Shown here: positions 10,357 to 19,106 of the stretch, in pieces
Layout of the letters: each line of letters starts with the position of its first letter
How positions within the stretch are numbered: the stretch's first letter is position 1
Assembly (NCBI GenBank): GCA_963733955.1
Contig: CAVTEW010000001.1
Location: forward strand, 328,005 to 392,004
Direction: 5' to 3'
Source of the DNA: an uncultured Acidobacteriota bacterium
GTDB taxonomy: Bacteria > Acidobacteriota > Thermoanaerobaculia > UBA5066 > Gp7-AA6
DNA length: 64,000 nucleotides
Program-made: the position numbers and the translations under genes
The notes under the pieces: generated by a model
Told to the model about the DNA's origin: nothing
What the model saw: the letters and a program-made list of their open reading frames with translations, nothing else
Databases searched by the model: none

Positions 10357-10360
10357 ACCG

Positions 10361-11095
10361 GTGAAAACGGCTCGGGCGATCCTTCTCGCTCTTCTGCTGC
10401 TGGCGCCTTCGCTCGCGGCCGCCGAGGAGCCGTGCCTCTACCGCGCCACGCTGGTGCAGGCCGCTCCCGGCAAGCTCCTCGATCTGATCGATCTGTACAA
10501 GGCGAACCTGCCGTCCCTGGCCCAGGGCGGCGACGAGGCGCCCGTCTGGATGCGCCACAGCCAGGGCGACCGCTGGGATCTGCTCCTGCTCTTTCCCATG
10601 GGCTCCTGGGCCGAGTACGACCGGCCCGAGCGGTTGGCGCGCCGCAAAAAGACGTCGCTGTACTCCGATGCGGTCCAGGCGAGGCTCCGCGCGGATGTCG
10701 CGCGGCAGGAGGACGTGTTCGTCGAGGGTCCGCCCCTGGCGCAGGTGCGGGCGGCGGCGGACAAGGCCGGCTTCTTTCATGTCGAGATGTTCGAAGCGCT
10801 GCCCGGACGGCTGGCCGACTTGCGCCGGGAGCGCGAGATGGAAGATGCGTACTCCCAACGTCTCAAACGCCCGCAAAACTTGATCTTCGTGCGCGCCGCC
10901 GGCGCGGCGTGGGACCTCTTCACCGTCGGCTGCTACCGGGATCTCAAGCACTACGCGGAGAGCGCGGACATTCCCCAGGCCGATCAGGACGCTGCGGCCC
11001 GGGCGGCCGGTTTCGCTTCGGCCGCCGACATCGGCCCGTACCTGCGCACGTTGATCGCCCTGCACCACGACACGCTCGCGACGGCGGTCCGATAG
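10361..11095 (+). CDS. Secreted hypothetical protein.
   Basis: GTG at 10361 gives a signal peptide (VKTARAILLALLLLAPSLAAAEE). The alternative ATG at 10322 overlaps the previous gene. No recognisable domain. Confidence 0.45.
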   Translation: MKTARAILLALLLLAPSLAAAEEPCLYRATLVQAAPGKLLDLIDLYKANLPSLAQGGDEAPVWMRHSQGDRWDLLLLFPMGSWAEYDRPERLARRKKTSLYSDAVQARLRADVARQEDVFVEGPPLAQVRAAADKAGFFHVEMFEALPGRLADLRREREMEDAYSQRLKRPQNLIFVRAAGAAWDLFTVGCYRDLKHYAESADIPQADQDAAARAAGFASAADIGPYLRTLIALHHDTLATAVR

Positions 11096-11106
11096 CGGGA
11101 ACGCGG

Positions 11107-11767
11107 ATGTTCGTCGGGCACTTCGGCCTCGGGTTCGCCGCCAAGGCAGCGGCTCCGCGGATCTCGCTGGGGACGATTTTTCTCGCCGTCCAGTGGGCCG
11201 ACCTTCTCTGGCCCCTCTTTCTGCTTCTCGGGGTGGAGCACGTTCGCATCGTGCCCGGGACCCCCGGGCGACGCCCCTGGACCTCTACGACTACCCGTGG
11301 AGCCACAGCCTGATCGCGCTCTCCGCCTGGGGCCTCCTGTTCGCGGCGGCGCATTGGGCCAGGAAGCGGGACGCCGCGGCGGCGCTGCTGCTCTTCTTCG
11401 CCGTGATCAGCCATTGGTTCCTGGACGTGGCGATGCACCGCCCCGACCTGCCCGTCTTCCTCCGCGGCCCCTACGTCGGGCTCGGACTCTGGAACTCGAT
11501 CCCGGCCACGCTCGCCGTGGAAGGCGCGGTCTACGCGATCGGGATCGGGGTCTACGTTGGCGCGACGCGGCCGACGGACCGCAAGGCGTCTGGTCGCTCT
11601 GGCTTCTCGTAGGAATGCTCGCGGCGATGTGGCTGGGCGCGATGCTTGCACCTCCACCGCCGGAGGTGCGGGCGCTGGCGGTGACCGGCGCGGCGACGGG
11701 TTGGCTCGTGGTCCTTCCGTGGGGCTTTTGGATCGACCGCCACCGCGCGCGGCGCGTGCCGCTGTAA
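11107..11767 (+). pseudogene. Membrane protein (YdjM-like membrane-bound hydrolase family?) interrupted by two frameshifts.
   Basis: Protein-like hydrophobic translation continues across three frames. MFVGHFGLGFAAK...IVPGTPG is in frame 1 up to ~11270. ATPLDLYDYPWSHSLIAL...GATRPTDRKAS is in frame 0 up to ~11580. GVWSLWLLVGMLAAMWLGAML...DRHRARRVPL is in frame 2 to 11767. The switches coincide with C/G homopolymer runs. Confidence 0.5.
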
Positions 11768-11819
11768 CGTTCGGGTCGGAGGCGGCATCGATTCGATGAG
11801 AATGCGATCACGCGAAGGG

Positions 11820-12275
11820 ATGTGCGGGCGGCGGGCTTCGATGCTCGCCGCCGCGCTCGTGGCGGCGTGCGCCGCGTTCGCCTGCAAGGACTCCAACACG
11901 ATGACCAATCCGGTTCCCCCGACCGCGACCCCGGTGTCGGGCTCCGGCACACCGACGCCGATTCCCTCGGTCATCCCGTTCCCGCCGACGCCGACCGTGG
12001 GGACGCCGCCGCCCACGCCGCTGCCTCCCGGCCAGTTCACCCCGACTCCCGTCCCCACCGGTCCGACGCCGGCGGCGACGGGCACCCCGGGTCCGACCGT
12101 GACCGGCCTGGCCACGCCGCCTCCGACCTCGACGCCGTTCCTGTCGCCGATTCCTTCGCCCACGTCGATCTTTCAGTCGCCCACGCCGGTTCCTTCGGGC
12201 ACGCCGATCTTCCAGACGCCGACGCCGGTGCCCAGCCCGACCTCGATCTTTCTGACGCCGACGCCGATCATCTGA
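11820..12275 (+). CDS. Pro/Thr-rich low-complexity lipoprotein.
   Basis: MCGRRASMLAAALVAACAAFAC contains a lipobox. The rest is TPxP-rich with repeated PTSIF(Q)SPTPVPS units. Confidence 0.5.
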   Translation: MCGRRASMLAAALVAACAAFACKDSNTMTNPVPPTATPVSGSGTPTPIPSVIPFPPTPTVGTPPPTPLPPGQFTPTPVPTGPTPAATGTPGPTVTGLATPPPTSTPFLSPIPSPTSIFQSPTPVPSGTPIFQTPTPVPSPTSIFLTPTPII

Positions 12276-12369
12276 GCGCGGCGTACCCTGCTTCCCCCGA
12301 GAAGCGGCGGTTCGTCCCCACGGAGTCTGACCAGGCGGCGGCTAATGAAGGTCGCGGCGACCGTGTCCG

Positions 12370-13053
12370 GTGACTACAATGAGTCCAATGGCCGGCCGGA
12401 CGTCCGCAGCCTTGTTCTTTGTCGCTCTCATGGGCTGCGGCGAAGCACGTGCCTTGACGCTCTACCGAGTCGAGCTCAAGGGCGGCGGCGTCGTTTTTGC
12501 CGAGAGCAAGCCGGAAGCCGAGGGAGCGACCCTCGTGTTTCGCTCATCTCCCCAGGGCATTTTGGTCGCCTTGCGGGCCTCGGGCGTCGCGAGAGTCGTT
12601 CCCATCGACAGTCTGGACAAGGCGCCGCTCGATCTTGGCGGCGCCGTGGTGCGGAGTCCGGCTTTTACGGGAGGAGCCGCGCCGCCCCCAGTGCCTCTCG
12701 AAAGCACCGCGCCGACCGCCCCGCCGCCGGCTCCGCGACGCTATGCGCCGGGAGATGATCAACCGGGAAATCGCGTCGCTTTTCCCGTCTCCCGCGATGA
12801 CCTCCTCCCCGGCAACTATCGGCCCTATCCGGCCGGCCCGGGCGGCCAAACGGCGCCGCTGCCCCTGCTGGCCGACGGAGCCGCCACGCCGAAAGCTGGG
12901 TTACTGGCCGAGCCTCCACACGCGATCGTCGTGGAGGACCCGCCCTGCACCCTCAACAGGAGCGTGTCTCCGCCTGGCCTCGCTTTCGCCGAGTATCCGC
13001 GCGTGGACGACCAGACGCCGAAGGCTGCGGCGAAACTCGACGTCCCTTTCTGA
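12370..13053 (+). CDS. Hypothetical lipoprotein.
   Basis: Signal peptide plus lipobox (FFVALMGCGEA). No recognisable domain. Confidence 0.45.
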   Translation: MTTMSPMAGRTSAALFFVALMGCGEARALTLYRVELKGGGVVFAESKPEAEGATLVFRSSPQGILVALRASGVARVVPIDSLDKAPLDLGGAVVRSPAFTGGAAPPPVPLESTAPTAPPPAPRRYAPGDDQPGNRVAFPVSRDDLLPGNYRPYPAGPGGQTAPLPLLADGAATPKAGLLAEPPHAIVVEDPPCTLNRSVSPPGLAFAEYPRVDDQTPKAAAKLDVPF

Positions 13054-13132
13054 CGGAGGGTTGCGCGGTCGCTTTTTCGAAGCGGTCGAATGTCTCTTTG
13101 CTTCCGGGAGGCCAAGGCGTCAGAATCTGGAC

Positions 13133-14452
13133 ATGAGGGTCCACCGCATCCGACAGTCTCTTGCGTTCGTGCTCCTGACCGCGTCTCTGTCCGGCGTGGC
13201 CCGTGCCGCTCTGCCGTTCGTCGAGGATGACTACGCCAAGGCGATCGCGGCCGCCCGCGGCCGTCACGTTCCGATCTTCCTCGAGGCCTGGGCGCCCTGG
13301 TGACACACGTGCCGCTCGATGCGGGCTTTTGTCTTCACCGACAAGAAGCTCGAGCGGCGCGCCGGACAGTTCGTCTGGCTCTCCATCAACACCGAAAAGA
13401 AGGACAACGCTCCGGTCCTGGCGAAGTTCCCCGTCGAGGCCTGGCCGTCCTTCTTCGTGATCGATCCGCAATCGGACAAGGTGCTCGTGCGCTGGGTCGG
13501 CGGAGCGACGGCGGTTCAGGTCGGCAAGATCCTCGACGACGGGCGCTCCGCGGCGGGCGGCCGGCAACGCGGCGTCGACGAGATCCTCGCGCGCGCCGAT
13601 CGCCTCTACGGCGCCGGCAAGAACGCCGAAGCGGCCCGCGAGTACCGGGCTGCGCTGTCCGCGGCGCCGGCCGGCTGGCCGCACTACGCCCGCGCGACCG
13701 AGTCGCTGCTCTTCGCGCTCGACGTGCTTCGCGAATCCAGGCCCTGCGCGGAGACGGCCCGGGACGCCTTCCGCAAGCTCGCCCGGACGTCTTCGGCCGC
13801 CAACGTCGCCAGCCTCGGCCTGACCTGCGCGGCCCGCATCGACGCCTCGGATCCCGCGCGGCCGCAGCTGCTCGCCGCGCTGGCCGACGACGCGCGCGCC
13901 GTGATCGCGGCGCCTCCGGCCGACACCGCCGCGGACGACGTGTCTTCGGTCTACGAGTCGCTGGCCGACGAGCGGGAGGACGCTAAGGACGAAGAGGGAC
14001 GCCGCAAGGCGCTCGCGGCCTGGGCCGCGTACCTGGAGAAGCAGGCCGCGGCGGCGGGGACTCCGGCCGCGCGGATGGTCTTCGACTCGCACCGCGTGAG
14101 CGCCTACCTCGAGCTCGGCGAGCCCGAGCGGGCCATCCCGATGCTGGAAGCCTCGCAGCGGGACGCGCCCGACGACTACAATCCGCCCGCGCGTCTGGCC
14201 CTGGCCTACCGGGCCATGCGCCGCTGGGATGACGCGCTCGCCGCGTCCGACCGCGCGCTGGCGCGGGCCTACGGGCCGCGCAAGATCGGGATCCTGACCG
14301 CGCGCGCGGAGATCTACGCCGGCAAGGGGGACGCCGCCGGAGCCCGCAGGACGCTCCAGGAGGCCGTGGCGTTCGCCGAGAGCCTTCCGGAGGGACAGCG
14401 CTCGGAGAGGACGATCGCGGGACTCAAGAAGAAACTCGCGAACGCGAGCTGA
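13133..14452 (+). CDS. Candidate selenoprotein: secreted thioredoxin-fold (Thioredoxin_7/DsbD-gamma-like) domain protein with a TPR-like C-terminal half. In-frame TGA at 13301-13303 is read as Sec in a W-U-H-T-C (UxxC) active site.
   Basis: ATG 13133 gives signal peptide MRVHRIRQSLAFVLLTASLSGVARA. Translation reads ...HVPIFLEAWAPW[TGA]HTCRSMRAFVFTDKKLERRAGQFVWLSINTEKKDNAPVLAKFPVEAWPSFFVIDPQSDKVLVRWVGG, a complete thioredoxin fold. The track ORFs 12497..13303 and 13319..14452 share one frame and are separated only by this TGA. A hairpin starts 8 nt downstream. Confidence 0.65.
13311..13358 (+). promoter_or_regulatory. Candidate bacterial SECIS hairpin downstream of the in-frame UGA of the thioredoxin-like gene.
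   Basis: gccgctcga (13311-13319) is the perfect reverse complement of tcgagcggc (13350-13358). With the outer G-U pair and further G-C pairs the stem reaches ~12 bp. The intervening 30 nt contain GGGC and a further small cuuc/gaag stem. Confidence 0.45.
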
Positions 14453-14479
14453 AGTCTCACCGGCCGGCGGACTGACCGC

Positions 14480-15097
14480 TTAGGCCACGTAGAGGATCAC
14501 GGCCACGAAGTGGGCCACGCTTCCGCCGATCACGAAGAGGTGGAAGATGCCGTGGCTGTGGGCGTACTTCTCGTCGACGAGATAGAAGAAGACGCCGGCG
14601 GTGTAGAGGAGGCCGCCGGTCACCAGCCAGGCCATACCGGCCGCGCCGAGCGACCGGTAGAGAGGGACCGCGGCGACCAGGGCGAGCCAGCCCATCAGCA
14701 GATACAAGGAGACCGAGACCGGCCGTACCCGCTTGGGCAGCAGGAACTCCTGGAGGATGCCCACGGCGGCCAGGAACCAGATCACCGCCAGGAGCCGCGT
14801 TCCCTCCGGTCCCCGCAGGCTGATGGTCGCGAAGGGCGTGTAGGTCCCGGCGATCAGGACGTAGATGCTGGTGTGGTCCAGCCGGCGAAACACGCGCTTG
14901 GCCGGTCCCGACAGCGCATGGTAGAGCGTGGAAAAAAGGTAGAGCGCCACGAGGGAACCGCCGTAGACGGCGAAGCTCGCGATCTTCCGAGCATCTCCCG
15001 ATCGGATCGAGGCGGAGAGCAGCGCGGCCAGGCCTCCCACGGCGAAGATGGAGCCGCCCAGGTGGGTCGTGCTGTTGAAGATCTCGCCGCGGACCAT
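14480..15097 (-). CDS. Hemolysin III family (PAQR) membrane protein.
   Basis: MVRGEIFNSTTHLGGSIFAV... has seven predicted TM segments and the conserved HxxxH/SHGIFH region near the C-terminus. Start chosen at the ATG that gives the canonical EIFNxxTH N-terminus. Confidence 0.75.
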   Translation of the reverse strand: MVRGEIFNSTTHLGGSIFAVGGLAALLSASIRSGDARKIASFAVYGGSLVALYLFSTLYHALSGPAKRVFRRLDHTSIYVLIAGTYTPFATISLRGPEGTRLLAVIWFLAAVGILQEFLLPKRVRPVSVSLYLLMGWLALVAAVPLYRSLGAAGMAWLVTGGLLYTAGVFFYLVDEKYAHSHGIFHLFVIGGSVAHFVAVILYVA

Positions 15098-15114
15098 GAG
15101 CTTCCTCCGCGCCC

Positions 15115-15858
15115 TCACGCCGCCGGGAGAAACTCGGACAGGACCGGCGCAGGGCCGGGTTGGGAGAAGAGCGCCAGCGCGGCGCGCACGACCGAGGCCT
15201 GGAGCGGCGCGTCGTCGGGGCGCCCCAGGGGATAGCCCAGCGGATACGGGACGGACAACGCGCGGGGAACCCCGACCCTCCGGGTGATCTCCGGGAGCAT
15301 CGTCACCGAGGTCGTGGCCACGCCGCGCCGCTCGACCTCCGCCGCGATCAGACCGACGGTCTGGTGGCACATCGGTCACACCGGGACGAGCAAGACCGCG
15401 TCCGCGCCGTCCTGGACGAGGCGATCGGCGATCCCAGGAGCCGTCTCGGCGACGAACCGGCCCGGAGCGGTGACCGAGCCCATGACCGAGAAGGCACGCG
15501 GCGAGAGCGAGCCGATCTCCCCGCGGCCGGCCATCTCGCGCAGGCGGTCCAGCGGAAAAGCGAGGTTGCGATCCTGCTCGAAGCCGGCGTGGTCGAAGGC
15601 GTCCGACCTTTGATCGATGCGCAGGCGCGACACGTCCGCGTCGGAAGGAATCTCGCGGCTGGAGAAGTCTCCGCCCCGCACCGTGAGGTCGAAGGGCGCC
15701 TGCTCGGGCAGGGAGACGCCGCCGGTCGTGATCAGCGCGACGCGCGATCGGTTCAGCGCCTTGCGGGGAGCCGCCCAGGGGATCGGATCGACGCGGCGGA
15801 ACCGGTACCCCAGGAGGAAGAGCCGTTCCTTGAGCGAAAGATCCGAGAACGAAGCCAT
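15115..15858 (-). CDS. Candidate selenoprotein of the glycine/sarcosine/betaine/proline reductase component B (GRDB/PrdB-like) family. In-frame TGA at 15376-15378 is read as Sec in a U-P-M-C (UxxC) motif.
   Basis: Track ORFs 15376..15858 and 15115..15372 are in the same frame, separated only by TGA then CCG. Joined they read ...RLVQDGADAVLLVPV[U]PMCHQTVGLIAAEVERRGVATTSV. This has the pattern of the GrdB/PrdB Sec region (DAVILTST-U-GTC...) and PrdB-like size (~247 aa). A hairpin CAGACC-GUC-GGUCUG begins 12 nt after the UGA. Confidence 0.65.
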
Positions 15859-15916
15859 GGACCTCCTTCTGCGTGGCCTCTGACGAGGTTATGCCGGTTG
15901 CCCCGATCCTCGCCTG

Positions 15917-16249
15917 ATGCGATCGCATCGCGGCGTCCGACCGGTCGCGCGTCGATTATCCTCGGGCGCATGCGCGCCGCCGACCGCCCGACACCGCCGC
16001 GTCGAAGCGGGCGAATTCCAGCGGCCGCCGCGGCGGTCCTCGGCGTGGCGCTGCCGCGGCTACGTCTTCGTGACGCTCGATCGGGCCCTGGAGGATCCGG
16101 CCTACGCGTCGCCGGATGCCTTCGTGGGCGGCGGCGGGATTTCCTGGCTGCACCGCTGGGCGATCACGCGGGGCGCCGGCCTCGTTCAACCGGCAGAGCC
16201 GCCGGCGCCGCGCTTCGTCCTGGAGGCCGCGGTCGTGTCCAAGGAATGA
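15917..16249 (+). pseudogene. Possible 3' remnant of a polysaccharide-deacetylase-family gene.
   Basis: Only the C-terminal-like segment RGYVFVTLDRALEDPAYASPDAFVGGGGISWLHRWA resembles the ends of NodB-type deacetylases. There is no catalytic domain upstream and the N-terminal part of the ORF is not protein-like. Confidence 0.25.
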
Positions 16250-16268
16250 ACCCGAGGCGGGCCGCCGC

Positions 16269-17423
16269 TCAGCGCGTCAGCAGGATCGAGACCGAATGGC
16301 TCTCGGAGTTCGCGGTGACCGCGTCGGCGCGTCCGTCGCCGTCGAAGTCCGCGAGGACCACGCGCCACGCTTCAGCGCCGCCGTGCGGGACCGTCGCCAC
16401 CCGCGCGGCCGACAAGCCGTCCGGCCCGCCGAAGGCGACGGTCAGATCGCTGGTGCCCCCATTGGCAGTAACCGCGTCGTCGAATCCGTCGCCGTCGACG
16501 TCTCCCACGGCGATGTCACCGGAGGCCCGGCCGGTCGGGATTTTGCCGCCCAGCCGAAAGTGCCCGCGGCCGTCTCCCAGGAGGAACGTCAACCCGTCGC
16601 CGGAGGGGTCGTCGATGTGTCCCGAGTAGTTGGCGACGGCGAGATCGATCTTCCCGTCGCGGTTGAAGTCGCCCGCGGCGACGGCGAACGGGCACGGCCC
16701 CGCCGGCGTCGGAGGATCGGCCGCGCCGGTGAAGTGCCCGCGTCCGTCGCCGGCGAGGACGGTGATGGCCCGCTCGACCATATTCGGGGCCACGATGTCG
16801 CAACGGCCGTCTCCGGTCACGTCGCGCAGCAGGAGATTGCGGTAGGGCTTGCGTCCCGCCTCGACCGTCATTCCGGGGACGGCGAACCGTCCTTGTCCCA
16901 GCCCGCGAAGGACGGTGAACCGATTTTCGGCCCAACTGTCGATGACCAGGTCCCGGTGGCCGTCGCCGTCGATGTCGCATGCGCCGATCGAGTGCGGATG
17001 CGGGTTGCTGTGGACCGCCAGCGGCGAGCCTGGCGCGGGACGCAAGCCGCCGCGCCCGTCGCCCAGCAGAATCGTGACGCGGGGCGTCCCGTGGTTGGCG
17101 ATGGCCAGGTCCAGCTTGCCGTCTCGATCGAGGTCGGCGACGGCGATTGCGGTCGGGGAGGGGCCGGCCGGGAAGGACCCGCCGCGCGTGAATCCGCCGC
17201 GCCCGTCGCCTCGGAAGACGGTCACGTCGTCGGTTCCGCCGCTGGCCACGAGCAGGTCGAGCTTGCCGTCGCCGTCGAAGTCGCCGGCCGCGACCGCATT
17301 GGGCCGGCGGCCGCCATCCATCGCGACGAGGCGGGGTGGGCGAAAGGGCGACGGGCGCCGGGCCGGCGCCTCCGCGAGACCGACGAGGATGGGGATCGCG
17401 AACAGCGCGGCCCGGGCTCTCAT
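16269..17423 (-). CDS. Secreted FG-GAP/VCBS repeat protein (integrin-alpha-like beta-propeller).
   Basis: Signal peptide MRARAALFAIPILVGLAEA. Seven repeats of the DxDGDGxxDL(V/A)(V/A)AN calcium-binding motif (e.g. GDFDGDGKLDLLVAS, ADLDRDGKLDLAIAN). Confidence 0.75.
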   Translation of the reverse strand: MRARAALFAIPILVGLAEAPARRPSPFRPPRLVAMDGGRRPNAVAAGDFDGDGKLDLLVASGGTDDVTVFRGDGRGGFTRGGSFPAGPSPTAIAVADLDRDGKLDLAIANHGTPRVTILLGDGRGGLRPAPGSPLAVHSNPHPHSIGACDIDGDGHRDLVIDSWAENRFTVLRGLGQGRFAVPGMTVEAGRKPYRNLLLRDVTGDGRCDIVAPNMVERAITVLAGDGRGHFTGAADPPTPAGPCPFAVAAGDFNRDGKIDLAVANYSGHIDDPSGDGLTFLLGDGRGHFRLGGKIPTGRASGDIAVGDVDGDGFDDAVTANGGTSDLTVAFGGPDGLSAARVATVPHGGAEAWRVVLADFDGDGRADAVTANSESHSVSILLTR

Positions 17424-17467
17424 GCCGGGAAGGACGCCCGGACCGACGGCGGCGTTAGCCGGACTGC

Positions 17468-17974
17468 TCAGCCTTTCGTTCGACGAAAGCGAAGCGTCTC
17501 GCCCGTGCGCACGTCGCGGACAACGATCGCTCCCGGCTCGATGTGGAAGCTCCAGCTCCCGGGAACCGGATTCTGGAACGCGCTCTGGCACATTCCGGCG
17601 AGCGTCTTCCCCTCGAACCCGTCGCCCTCCGGCACCAGGTGCGTGTCGCACCCCGGCCCGTCCTCCTTCGTCCAGGCGATGCGGATCCCGTCGGCTTCCC
17701 GGGCAACCCGGAGGTTGCCCCGCAGGCTCACGTTGGCCTGCTCGTACTTGCCGAGGATCGTCACGTCGAACTGGTAGGCGTTGGGGACGTTGGGCAGCGG
17801 GCGCGCCGGCTGGATGGTCAGCTTGAGGTGGTTGGCCGGTCCCGCTCCCTCGTAGAAGCCGTTGAGCTGCCGGGCGATCTGCAGGGAGGGTTCCTGGGCC
17901 GAAAGGACCGCCGCGGCGCCGGCCAGGACCCAGAGCGCCGGAAGGAGGCTGCGTGTTCGAAGATGACGGCGCAT
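17468..17974 (-). CDS. Secreted hypothetical protein.
   Basis: GAGGAAAGA RBS before ATG 17974. Signal peptide MRRHLRTRSLLPALWVLAGAAAVLSAQ. No recognisable domain. Confidence 0.45.
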   Translation of the reverse strand: MRRHLRTRSLLPALWVLAGAAAVLSAQEPSLQIARQLNGFYEGAGPANHLKLTIQPARPLPNVPNAYQFDVTILGKYEQANVSLRGNLRVAREADGIRIAWTKEDGPGCDTHLVPEGDGFEGKTLAGMCQSAFQNPVPGSWSFHIEPGAIVVRDVRTGETLRFRRTKG

Positions 17975-18106
17975 GTCTTTCCTCACAGCTGGCAACGCGT
18001 GCCCGGGCTCGGGCATTCCGATCTCTCGTGCGTGACCGCCGCGCTTGCTCGACCAGAGCATGATGGAATCCGAGGCTGGCTCGCTGCTCGATGAACCGAT
18101 GAACCG

Positions 18107-18322
18107 ATGAACCGATTCTACGATTCGGTCGGGGTGGAGGTTCTGGACCCCCGCAGCTCGCACCGACAGTTGCGCTGCCGCAAGTGCGGCGCGACCTGGA
18201 GGCCCCGGCGAGACGTGTCGGGACGGCTCAAACGCGAGGACTGGGTCTGCTGGCGCGGCTGCAACTCGGCCGCCCTGCCGGCGGGAGACGCAGAGCTTGA
18301 TCCGGAGGCACCCGAGTCCTAG
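18107..18322 (+). CDS. Small hypothetical CxxC...CxxC (zinc-ribbon-like) protein.
   Basis: ORF MNRFYDSVGVEVLDPRSSHRQLRCRKCGATW...CWRGC. An 8-mer tandem repeat (atgaaccg x3) sits at its start. Confidence 0.3.
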   Translation: MNRFYDSVGVEVLDPRSSHRQLRCRKCGATWRPRRDVSGRLKREDWVCWRGCNSAALPAGDAELDPEAPES

Positions 18323-18653
18323 GATCCCGTCCCATCGTTCGCGACCGGGTTGGTGATTGCTCGGGCGATCTATCGATCCGTCGATGGGCGAAGAAGCCGC
18401 CCGCAGTCACCGGCGTTGGCCTTGGCGGCACGCGGCGGCCGGGCCGCGGAGAGTCGCCACCGGGCCGCCGCTCCGGTCACTCGGGCACAGAAACGGCCTG
18501 GCATCGTGGTCACCGTGGCGTGTGCCCTCGGACAGGGCCGCCCCCGGGCAACGCCGGCCCCTGCAGGCTCGCCTCCGGACTCCAGTCCAGGGACGCTCGC
18601 CCCGGCGCGGATCCTCGGTGCGCGGCGGGCCGCGGGCTGCTAGCCTTGGACCC

Positions 18654-19037
18654 GTGAGTGCTACGGAAAAATCGGACGTCCGATTGCCGTCGCGGGTTCG
18701 CGCGGCCCGGGCCATCGCGATCGGGGCCGATTTTCTCCAGATCGTGGTCTTTCCGGTGTTCTGGCCCGGCGCGGCCTCCATCGTCAACGATGCCCTGGAC
18801 GCCGCCGTGGCTCTGGCGATGCTCGTCCTGGTCGGATGGCACTGGGCCTTCCTTCCGACGTTTCTGGCCGAGCTCATCCCCTTTTTCGATCTCGTTCCGA
18901 CCTGGACGGCCGCCGTGTTCCTCGCCACGCGCGGGGCGGGGCGGCCTTCGAAGGTTCAGGACCCCGGGGCGATCGACACGAGCGTCGTCTCTTCTTCCCC
19001 GGTTGGACCTGAATCCGGCGGCAAGTCGGTGATCTAA
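18654..19037 (+). CDS. Small hydrophobic membrane protein.
   Basis: GTG 18654. Sequence ...IGADFLQIVVFPVFWPGAASIVNDALDAAVALAMLVLVGWHWAFLPTFLAELIPFFDLVPTW has two TM helices. The upstream part of the track ORF is not protein-like. Confidence 0.4.
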   Translation: MSATEKSDVRLPSRVRAARAIAIGADFLQIVVFPVFWPGAASIVNDALDAAVALAMLVLVGWHWAFLPTFLAELIPFFDLVPTWTAAVFLATRGAGRPSKVQDPGAIDTSVVSSSPVGPESGGKSVI

Positions 19038-19048
19038 TTGCTTAGTCG

Positions 19049-19097
19049 GGACTCGGGACTCGGGACTCGGGACTCGGGACTCGGGACTCGGGACTTG
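19049..19097. repeat. Heptanucleotide tandem repeat (CGGGACT) x7 in the msrA leader region.
   Basis: Sequence tcgggactcgggactcgggactcgggactcgggactcgggactcgggacttgagg. Confidence 0.8.
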
Positions 19098-19106
19098 AGG
19101 TCAAAC

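Noticed and set aside
13319-14452. Treating 13319..14452 as an independent gene starting at ATG MRAFVFTDKK, and 15115..15372 and 38036..38290 as independent small genes.
   Set aside because: Each would begin in the middle of a conserved fold immediately after an in-frame TGA that sits at a UxxC redox position. Continuity of frame and of domain favours read-through (Sec).
18091-18114. ATGAACCG x3 octamer giving three alternative ATGs for ORF 18107..18322 (possible phase-variable N-terminus).
   Set aside because: Unit length 8 shifts frame, so only one ATG is in frame. The ORF itself is weak. Kept only as a minor repeat note.
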